Shown piece by piece: positions 54,765 through 64,000 of a DNA stretch of 64,000 nucleotides. The position numbers were made by a program, and so were the translations under genes. This stretch comes from Bacteroidia bacterium (GTDB taxonomy: Bacteria; Bacteroidota; Bacteroidia; NS11-12g; UBA955), in the NCBI GenBank assembly GCA_044373665.1, contig JBIPNH010000003.1, positions 2,196 to 66,195 on the forward strand. Reading direction: 5' to 3'. The notes under the pieces were generated by a model. It was given only the letters and a program-made list of their open reading frames with translations, did no database searches and was not told the origin of the DNA. Position 1 is the stretch's first letter; each line of letters opens with the position of its first letter.

Positions 54765-55280
54765 TTAAATATCTTTCACAAACCAATAATCTGTTTGGGG
54801 TGTAGACCCTAATGGGAAATCATTTTCTATTCCTGAATTCAAAAAGCCATGTTTTTCATAAAAACCTCGGGCGCGGAAATTGTATTCCCAAACTGACAAA
54901 TACATCATATTAAAGCCTTTGTTTCGGGCAAAATCTATTGCAAAATCCATGAGCTTATTGGCTATACCCATTCCATGAAATTCTTTTAACACATACAATC
55001 TTACCAACTCAACAGAGTTTCGATTTTGAAATGCCTCTAATGGGCAATCATGTTTAGCATTGATACGCATATACCCTTTCACTAACCCATCTTCTTCAAA
55101 GAAGAAAAAGTTGTCATTATCGTCTAATAATTCTAACTGAACTTGTGCCGGATTAAAATACAAATCTAAAACACCCCTCATGTCTTCCTTTGTACAGGTA
55201 TTGCCAAAGGTATCGTCGAAAGTTTTTCTTCCAATTTCATGTAAAAGTGTAACATCATCCAAATTACCGCGTCGAATCAT
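54765..55280 (-). CDS. GNAT family N-acetyltransferase
   Basis: 171 aa with an acetyl-CoA-binding motif region: LYVLKEFHGMGIANKLM. Confidence 0.8.
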   Translation of the reverse strand: MIRRGNLDDVTLLHEIGRKTFDDTFGNTCTKEDMRGVLDLYFNPAQVQLELLDDNDNFFFFEEDGLVKGYMRINAKHDCPLEAFQNRNSVELVRLYVLKEFHGMGIANKLMDFAIDFARNKGFNMMYLSVWEYNFRARGFYEKHGFLNSGIENDFPLGSTPQTDYWFVKDI

Positions 55281-55552
55281 TTGACAAAGTTATAACATTT
55301 GATTCTTAAACAATAAATAATCACATTTGAGAAAACTTAAACCCAATAATTATCTGAAATTTATGGTTTAACTAATGTATTGAAACCTCCACTTTAATCA
55401 TTAAGTGAAGCCAAACAGAGTAAAGAGTTTAATCACCCTTTTTTATAATTTACCTTACTAAAAAAACCTTGTTGTTGTGGAAAACGCCATTGTTTTCTTA
55501 AAAGTCACAGCTTTGTAATTTCTGATAGCCGACAATTCTCAATTTCTTGTAT

Positions 55553-56083
55553 TTAGTATTTCACAATACTTAAAACATTTGTTCCTGATGTTTCTAATTT
55601 TTGGCGTCCATTTAGAAATTCCAACTCAGCAATAAAGCATGCCACAACAGGTTCTGAACCTGCTTTTCTTATCAAATTAGAGGCTGCACCAAGTGTTCCA
55701 CCCGTTGCCAATACATCGTCAATAACGGCAACCCTTTTACCAGATTCTATTGCATCACAATGCATTTCTATGGTAGCCGTTCCATATTCTAACTGATAAG
55801 TCTCTTGGTATGTTTTTGCAGGTAATTTTCCTGCTTTTCTAATCATCACAAATGGAAGCTGCATTTTTGCTGCGATTGCCGCTCCTAATAAAAACCCTCT
55901 GCTTTCTACTCCTGCTATGACTTCTACATTATACGGTTGTAATAACGCAATACTTTCTAATATAATTTCATTGATTAACTCTGGTTTTAAAAACAGCGTT
56001 GATATGTCTTTATATTGAACCCCTTGTTCTGGAAAGTCAGGTATGGTGCGAATAGCCCCTTTTATCTTTTCGGTTAATATCAT
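55553..56083 (-). CDS. apt: adenine phosphoribosyltransferase
   Basis: PRPP-binding motif VAVIDDVLATGGT, and DFPEQGVQYKDIS. Confidence 0.9.
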   Translation of the reverse strand: MILTEKIKGAIRTIPDFPEQGVQYKDISTLFLKPELINEIILESIALLQPYNVEVIAGVESRGFLLGAAIAAKMQLPFVMIRKAGKLPAKTYQETYQLEYGTATIEMHCDAIESGKRVAVIDDVLATGGTLGAASNLIRKAGSEPVVACFIAELEFLNGRQKLETSGTNVLSIVKY

Positions 56084-56084
56084 A

Positions 56085-56573
56085 TTATTGATGCAAATGT
56101 GCTATTATTTCATAATGTTGTGGAAACATCTCCATCAAAGTCTCTGCAGTATAAAGTTGAAAATCAGCAAAATCAAATCCTGGCGCAACCATACAGGCTG
56201 ACAAAGCATACGTATTATCCCCTAAAACTTCCGCACCAAATAGAGTGTTTGAAGGAATAATTACCTGTAATTGTTGACCACTACTCAAATCACTGCCTAA
56301 TATTTCAGTTTTATGACTTCCATCTTCAAGTAATAAATGGATGGCCACTGGCGCACCTTGTTGATATAGCCAAATTTCATCTGACGCAATTTTATGAAAC
56401 TTAGAAAACTTCCCTGAAGGCAATAAAAAGTATATGAGTGTGGTTAAATCTCGGCTTTCTCCTTCATGGTTTATTACTTTTTCATTACTACGATAGGTTT
56501 CTTTGTAATAACCACCTTCTATGTGTGGTAGTAGTTGTAATTGGTCTATGAGTTTTTGTATTTCTGTTGTCAT
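56085..56573 (-). CDS. cupin domain protein (DUF985 family)
   Basis: L.PH.EGGYYKETYRS N-terminus typical of DUF985. 162 aa. Confidence 0.7.
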   Translation of the reverse strand: MTTEIQKLIDQLQLLPHIEGGYYKETYRSNEKVINHEGESRDLTTLIYFLLPSGKFSKFHKIASDEIWLYQQGAPVAIHLLLEDGSHKTEILGSDLSSGQQLQVIIPSNTLFGAEVLGDNTYALSACMVAPGFDFADFQLYTAETLMEMFPQHYEIIAHLHQ

Positions 56574-57284
56574 TTAAATGTGTGTATTATCTAAAATTTG
56601 TTGAATGACGGCAAGTGAATTACCTACAACTTCCGGCAAAAAGGCTTCAAAATTCTCGGGAGCTTCACTGTTGGCTTTGTCAGATATTGTACGCACCAAA
56701 ATAAAGGGTGTATCATGTTTTTTACATACATAAGCCACTGAAGCACCTTCCATATCCACCGCATCACCTTGTAACTCATCGCGCATATAGCTATAGGTTG
56801 TTTGCTCCTTATTGGTTATAAACTGATCGCCGGTTAGCACTCTGCCTATATGAACACGATGAGCACAATTAGTTTTTTCGGCTATGTCAAGCAATTGCTT
56901 ATTTGAGTCAAAAAAACGCTGACCCGAATAAGGCACCTCACCACGTGGAAAACCTAAGCCACGACCATCCATATCATGTTGTACGGTATCTTTAGCAATT
57001 ACTATATCGCCAATCTGATATTCTGGATTTAATGCTCCCGCCACCCCTGTAAAAATAACAAATTTAGGTTGGTATAAGGAAAGTAAATATTGTGCAGTAA
57101 AAGTAGATGCCACTTTTCCAACTCCGCTTATCGCCACTACACAATGCTTACCAAACAAATAACCCTCAACAATTGAAATCCCATACTCTTCGCAATGAAG
57201 TTGGTCAGTCATATTACTTATAACCGCCTCGTATTCTTGCTGCATTGCACTAAGCAATAAAATCGATTGTTTCTCAGATTTCAT
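56574..57284 (-). CDS. mtnN: 5'-methylthioadenosine/S-adenosylhomocysteine nucleosidase
   Basis: SGVGKVAST, FTGVAGAL, AVDMEGASVA and RTISDKA motifs. Confidence 0.85.
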   Translation of the reverse strand: MKSEKQSILLLSAMQQEYEAVISNMTDQLHCEEYGISIVEGYLFGKHCVVAISGVGKVASTFTAQYLLSLYQPKFVIFTGVAGALNPEYQIGDIVIAKDTVQHDMDGRGLGFPRGEVPYSGQRFFDSNKQLLDIAEKTNCAHRVHIGRVLTGDQFITNKEQTTYSYMRDELQGDAVDMEGASVAYVCKKHDTPFILVRTISDKANSEAPENFEAFLPEVVGNSLAVIQQILDNTHI

Positions 57285-57352
57285 TGGAACAAATATACAT
57301 GTTAATAGATAGGATTTTAGACATCCTTAATGTGCATTATTAAATGATTGGA

Positions 57353-58873
57353 TTAATTATTTTTTTCATCTCTCCCATATTCATTTTCCCAAAAATCAGC
57401 ATTTTTAATCCCTAAGTCGCTTGGTCTAAAAATCGGGTCTTTTCCTTCCTTTCTCTGTCTTTCAAAATCTTTAAAAGCAAGCAGCGCTGGTTTTTGGAGA
57501 ATTATAATAGCGATTACATTTAACCAAGCCATAATACCAACCCCCATATCTCCAAGATCCCATGCAATTGTTGCAGCACGAACACAACCCAAATATACAG
57601 CAGCCATGATGACTAGTTTTAATAAAAAAAGCAAAACAGGTGCGCGTTTTTTTTGAGTGAGATAAGCGAGATTGGTTTCCGCAATATAATAGTAAGCCAT
57701 TAGTGTAGTAAAAGCAAAGAAAAACAATGCAATTGCCACAAAATAGCTGCCTGTTCCTACATAACCTGGATGAAATGTCTCTTGACCACTGCTGAAAGCT
57801 TTGTCAATTGCAGCCTGCGTATAGGTAGGGCTTCCATCCACTTGCTTAACCCCATCCTGAACATAATACACGCCATTATCAACTATTAAATTTCCATCAG
57901 CTCCTTTTACATTGTACATGCCCGTAATTAAAATCATAAAGGCAGTGGCCGAACAAACAAAAAGCGTATCAACATAAACAGAAAAAGCCTGTACTAAACC
58001 TTGTTTAGCAGGATGAGATACTTCGGCTGCTGACGAAGGATGGGGACCAGTCCCTTGACCAGCTTCATTGCTATAAACACCTCTCTTTACACCTATTGTA
58101 ATCATTGCACCAATGATACCAGCAAATGATGCCTTTAATCCAAAAGCACTACTTATTATCAAACTAAAAATTTCAGGAATTCTTTCATAATTCAAACCCA
58201 TAATGATAAGGGCGACTAAAATATAAGCAGATGCCATAAAAGGCACTACAAATTCGGCCACTTTAGCGATATTTTTAATCCCTCCAAAAATGACTAATCC
58301 TAACAATAAAGCAAGTACTATTCCTGTATAAACATATTTAATGTCAAAAGCACTTTTAATGGCAGAAGCAATACTGTTTGATTGTACTCCAGGCAGTAAT
58401 AATCCGCAAGCTAAAATAGTTGAAATAGCAAAGACGATTGCATACCATTTTCCAATCGCTTTATTTTTAAATCCTTTTTCAATATAAAACGCTGGGCCAC
58501 CTCTGTACTCTCCATTCTCTTTTATTTTGTAGATTTGTCCAAGGGTAGATTCAATAAAAGCAGAACCGGAACCTAAAAATGCGACAAGCCACATCCAAAA
58601 AACCGCTCCCGGACCGCCAATATATATAGCTGTTGCTACTCCTGCAATATTCCCTGTGCCTACTCTACCTGCCAAAGAGACTGCCAAAGATTGAAAAGAA
58701 GAAATACCTGCTGAGGATTTAGTGCTGCCAAACATCTGTTTTATCATTTCTTTAAAGAGTCTGACTTGAAAAAAACGCATCCGAATAGAGAAATAAACGC
58801 CTGTTATGAGCAATAAATAGATTAATGCATTGCTCCAAATAATGGAGTTCAAATATTTTACAAAGTTTTCCAA
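57353..58873 (-). CDS. alanine/glycine:cation symporter (AGCS family)
   Basis: About 11 TM segments; motifs SSFQSLAVSLAGRVGTGNIAGVATAI and RGVYSNEAGQG. TTG start as given in the ORF track. Confidence 0.88.
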   Translation of the reverse strand: MENFVKYLNSIIWSNALIYLLLITGVYFSIRMRFFQVRLFKEMIKQMFGSTKSSAGISSFQSLAVSLAGRVGTGNIAGVATAIYIGGPGAVFWMWLVAFLGSGSAFIESTLGQIYKIKENGEYRGGPAFYIEKGFKNKAIGKWYAIVFAISTILACGLLLPGVQSNSIASAIKSAFDIKYVYTGIVLALLLGLVIFGGIKNIAKVAEFVVPFMASAYILVALIIMGLNYERIPEIFSLIISSAFGLKASFAGIIGAMITIGVKRGVYSNEAGQGTGPHPSSAAEVSHPAKQGLVQAFSVYVDTLFVCSATAFMILITGMYNVKGADGNLIVDNGVYYVQDGVKQVDGSPTYTQAAIDKAFSSGQETFHPGYVGTGSYFVAIALFFFAFTTLMAYYYIAETNLAYLTQKKRAPVLLFLLKLVIMAAVYLGCVRAATIAWDLGDMGVGIMAWLNVIAIIILQKPALLAFKDFERQRKEGKDPIFRPSDLGIKNADFWENEYGRDEKNN

Positions 58874-59002
58874 ATTATGTTTTTATTATTTTTTTGAATT
58901 AAGGGTGTGAATTTAATAATTTATTGATTATTCTTAATCTTAAAATTTAATAAAATTATATATTAAAGTTTTTACTTAAAGTTGTAACCATAATAATTCA
59001 AA

Positions 59003-59362
59003 ATGAAACAAGTCATATTAATAGCTACATTTTTGCTAGTGTTTGTCAACGTAAAGGCTCAAATAGGTGATGTTCAACAAAAAGGAAATTTCATTATTTC
59101 TTATGACGGCAACAAGGAAGTTGGTCGCTTTTCCATTAACTCATCTGATGTACTTTTAGGTTTTTCATCCACTATCATTGTCATTAAAAAAAGCAATTTT
59201 ATTATTTCATATGATGCTAAAGGAAAAGGAAAAGGCAGATTCTCTATCAATTCAAATGACAAGTTTAAAAATGTCAATGGAACTACTATTTACATCATTA
59301 AAGGTAGATTTATAATCGCTTATGAGGTTAATGGAAAAGAAATATCTCGCAGAAGTATGTAG
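59003..59362 (+). CDS. secreted hypothetical protein with three internal repeats
   Basis: Signal peptide. Repeats: GNFIISYDGNKEVGRFSINSSD, SNFIISYDAKGKGKGRFSINSND and GRFIIAYEVNGKEISRRS. Confidence 0.5.
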   Translation: MKQVILIATFLLVFVNVKAQIGDVQQKGNFIISYDGNKEVGRFSINSSDVLLGFSSTIIVIKKSNFIISYDAKGKGKGRFSINSNDKFKNVNGTTIYIIKGRFIIAYEVNGKEISRRSM

Positions 59363-59663
59363 TAATTAAGCTTAAGTATTCCACTGTATTAAAACAATTA
59401 TTGCAACATACATCCGCACAACTAAGAAACGGTGAATTAAAATCTTTACCATCCTGTTTCATTTTTATAAATTTGCAAACCCTTATTATAGTTAAGTAAA
59501 AACACAATTGTTTTTTGAAAAGGAATAGAATATTCTTTTCAAAATTTAACTAAAGAACTAGGTTAATTCATTGATTGATTTAAAGATTGACCTATATGAC
59601 TGATGTACTATTTTAAGTAACACATTTAGTCTATACATTTGTGAAATATTTAAGAAAATTAAA

Positions 59664-60911
59664 ATGATTAAAAAATTAATATTTACCACATTAATCACTT
59701 TTGGGGTTATTCATCATTCAAACTCACAACAAATAAATTCCTTTTCTCCAAAATTCATAATAGGCGGTAAGGGAGAGGTCCTTACAATTACAGGAAGTGG
59801 ATTTGGCAATGTTCAAGGAAATTCTTACGTTTCTTTTTTTCAAGAAAGCAATACGTATTCAGACGCAACAACTTCAAATCAATTTAAATATTTGAGTTGG
59901 AGTAACACAGAAATTAAAGTAGAAATGCCCATTGCTTTTTCGAACAAAATTAAATTAAACATTAATGGAAATGAATACTTCTCTTCTGAAACGCTAAAGG
60001 TAAATGCCAACTTGGGATATAGAAATGTAAATCCACTTATTTATAATTTACTAACCGATAACAATAAAAAAGGAGGGGTAACATGGTTTGTACATCCTGT
60101 TTACTGGAATAATCCAGAAATAAAAGAGGCTATTGCTGATGTTATGAAGGAATTTCGTTGCAAAACAGGCGTTAATTATATCATTGAACCATTAACAAAA
60201 TGGGTTCCACTTAATTTAAATCAAGGTATACATATTTTAGCACCTGATTCTTCCTTAAATGTAGTTGGATTCAATGACAAACTTTGGACGTCATGCATTT
60301 TAGGAACAGAAACTTTTTACAACTACCAAACTCAACTTCTTCGCTTCAGCACTTCACAAAACTGGTACTATGGAAAAGGGCAACCACCTGCTGGGAGTGC
60401 AAAATTTAGATATGTTCTATACCATGAAATTGGCCACTCTTTAGGTTTAGGTCACGTGAATGAATTGGGAGAAAGCATGTATCCAACTGTAACAAACCTA
60501 CCCTCGGACAACTGGTGTAGTAGAGACTCTATTACAAGCTCAGAACAAAAAGCTATTCGACATTACATCCAACTTAGCCAAAACTTTACTTTTCGTGGCT
60601 GTGGCATTAATCCAATGAAAAAAATTACAAATTGTGAAGATGTTTATAGCGAAACCGTTCAAGTAAAAGAAACTGAAATTCACCATGTGGTTTTGTACCC
60701 TAATCCTGCCAAAAACTTCATACATATCAATCTTTTAGACGAAGTTCCTACAGATATTGAAATAAGAAATGTTTTTGGTAAGCTATGTTTAAACGCTCAA
60801 ATAGAATCTTCGGGAACAATTCTGCTGCCATCAAACCTTCCCTCTGGCATGTACATAGTTAATTTAAAATCATCCATTGGCTACACCTTTCATCGTTTGA
60901 TTATTCAATAA
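59664..60911 (+). CDS. secreted zinc metalloprotease (matrixin/M10-like HExxHxxGxxH) with an N-terminal IPT/TIG-like domain and a T9SS type A C-terminal sorting domain
   Basis: HEIGHSLGLGH zinc motif. N-terminal SFSPKFIIGGKGEVLTITGSGFG. C-terminal LYPNPAKNFIHINL...GMYIVNL. Confidence 0.8.
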   Translation: MIKKLIFTTLITFGVIHHSNSQQINSFSPKFIIGGKGEVLTITGSGFGNVQGNSYVSFFQESNTYSDATTSNQFKYLSWSNTEIKVEMPIAFSNKIKLNINGNEYFSSETLKVNANLGYRNVNPLIYNLLTDNNKKGGVTWFVHPVYWNNPEIKEAIADVMKEFRCKTGVNYIIEPLTKWVPLNLNQGIHILAPDSSLNVVGFNDKLWTSCILGTETFYNYQTQLLRFSTSQNWYYGKGQPPAGSAKFRYVLYHEIGHSLGLGHVNELGESMYPTVTNLPSDNWCSRDSITSSEQKAIRHYIQLSQNFTFRGCGINPMKKITNCEDVYSETVQVKETEIHHVVLYPNPAKNFIHINLLDEVPTDIEIRNVFGKLCLNAQIESSGTILLPSNLPSGMYIVNLKSSIGYTFHRLIIQ

Positions 60912-61074
60912 TAAAATTAAAGAATTTACTTATTTAAATAAAGAAATCATTGCTTTATTTTGATAATTTAATTCCATAAAAAATTATTAATTTGGAGATT
61001 AAGATATAACCCTTATTTTTGTATCATTATGTTCCCTTATGGGGAGTGTTTTCATAGTTTTAGTTTTTACAAAA

Positions 61075-61094
61075 AGGGAGTTCGCTCCCTTTTT
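61075..61094. terminator. bidirectional rho-independent terminator
   Basis: aaaa-AGGGAG-ttcg-CTCCCT-tttt, between convergent genes. Confidence 0.75.
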
Positions 61095-61134
61095 GTATTT
61101 AAGAAAAGTCTATACAATTAAAATCCAAAATGGA

Positions 61135-62016
61135 TTAAGCTTTAAATCCAACACCAAATTTTACACCTACTGTAAAAGTAGATGGAGTGAATTTATATTT
61201 GTAATCTTCGTAATATGGTATTTTGCAATATAAAATATATGGACTAACATAAAAAGCTGCATCATTATTACTTTTTGTAAACTTAATTGGAACATGAGAA
61301 CTTATCTCCCAATATCTTCCCATCAATTTTGACTTTTTGTTAGAAACATCTATAACGCCTGCACCCACTCTTGCTTTGAATTGAACAGGCAATGAGTTTC
61401 GGGTCATGTATTGATAACTAAATGCACCACCAAATGTTTGTTGAATAACTGCATTATTATGTAAAAAAGCCCCCCAAAACAAACCCGGACCTACCCTTTT
61501 TTTATCTGTTTTTTCAAGTGATAACATCCCCCCAACACTCATTCCTAAAAACTGACTTGATAAATTAAATTTCTTAGACTCTACATAACCTCCACCACCA
61601 TAAATCCAACTTCCAACACTCCATCCTAAATAATACAGAGCATCTCCATCAATGTCCATAAAAAACCCTCCTTGTGAAAAATTTAGTGATAAATTTAATG
61701 GAAATCCTTGTTGATGTATATTTTGAAAATCTACTTGATTATGCACACTGCTTGTTTTTAGTAAATATAAGCAAACAAAAGGTTCGTTATTCTCATACTT
61801 CTCTCTTTCAAATTTTTTAAGTGACGCATTTTTTAAAGAATCAGATTTAGAAATAACTTCGACTGTATCCTTTTTACATTTATCATTAATAATATTATAA
61901 TTGAATGTATCCTTGTTTGCAGCAGAATCTAAATAATTTGATAAATCATTCTGTGCTTGAAGTTTTGATTGAACATTCATACCTACTATCAATAACATTA
62001 ATAATTTTATTTTCAT
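61135..62016 (-). CDS. hypothetical secreted/outer-membrane protein
   Basis: Signal peptide ending LQAQ and a Gly/aromatic-rich C-terminal half. No assignable domain. Confidence 0.45.
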   Translation of the reverse strand: MKIKLLMLLIVGMNVQSKLQAQNDLSNYLDSAANKDTFNYNIINDKCKKDTVEVISKSDSLKNASLKKFEREKYENNEPFVCLYLLKTSSVHNQVDFQNIHQQGFPLNLSLNFSQGGFFMDIDGDALYYLGWSVGSWIYGGGGYVESKKFNLSSQFLGMSVGGMLSLEKTDKKRVGPGLFWGAFLHNNAVIQQTFGGAFSYQYMTRNSLPVQFKARVGAGVIDVSNKKSKLMGRYWEISSHVPIKFTKSNNDAAFYVSPYILYCKIPYYEDYKYKFTPSTFTVGVKFGVGFKA

Positions 62017-62084
62017 TATATTTGATTGAAATAATTTTACAATTAATATGCCAAATCAAAAATAAGAAATAAAATTTAAAACAT

Positions 62085-62108
62085 AAAAGCCCATTTTATT
62101 GGGCTTTT
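62085..62108. terminator. bidirectional rho-independent terminator
   Basis: AAAAGCCCA-ttttat-TGGGCTTTT, downstream of katG. Confidence 0.75.
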
Positions 62109-62135
62109 ATGTTAATATGAGTAGGCTAAATTTCT

Positions 62136-64000
<1,865 letters not shown>

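Noticed and set aside
58874-59002. Glycine riboswitch upstream of the alanine/glycine symporter
   Set aside because: The 129-bp upstream region is almost entirely A/T and cannot form the GC-containing glycine aptamer stems.

Overview
The window looks like a low-GC chromosomal segment from a Bacteroidota genome, probably Flavobacteriia-like. Supporting evidence: T9SS type A and type B C-terminal sorting domains, TAnnTTTG -7 promoter boxes sitting very close to start codons, no Shine-Dalgarno sequences, DUF1573 and SBBP/PKD surface proteins, and a glycine-lipid gene pair. Most of the window is housekeeping: lysS (partial), dps, fabD, ftcD, class II RNR nrdJ, purK/purE, pdxA, pepA, an M13 peptidase, 3-hydroxyanthranilate dioxygenase, apt, mtnN, an alanine symporter and katG (partial). 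Two tripartite efflux loci are also present. No transposase, integrase, CRISPR array or rRNA gene was found. The one RNA gene is tRNA-Asn (46098-46171). Several small accessory patches are not explained by the gene calls. (1) At 18479-20609, two homologous ~135-bp attC-like imperfect palindromes each have an outer core that is complementary (9/9) to the GTT core at the start of its own cassette. This is the circular-permutation signature of integron gene cassettes, here without an integrase in the window (a CALIN-like array). It is my top candidate. (2) At 52.7-54.8 kb, an AAA+ ATPase/PD-(D/E)xK gene is bracketed by copies of one palindrome and by 41-bp direct repeats that resemble a tRNA 3' half. 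It lies downstream of tRNA-Asn and an RND operon. (3) A family of tRNA 5'-half-like elements carries an 18-bp palindrome in the D-loop position. One copy lies in the tRNA-Asn leader and two lie directly upstream of small secreted-protein genes. (4) A dense cluster of hairpin (REP-like) repeats lies at 4.0-4.7 kb. (5) A near-perfect 189-bp tandem duplication lies at 21255-21632. A bacterial GGGP-synthase homologue and a radical-SAM/GT2-fusion/acyl-CoA ligase/GT4 cluster are also worth a look. All calls come from reading the sequence and the supplied ORF translations; no database search was possible.
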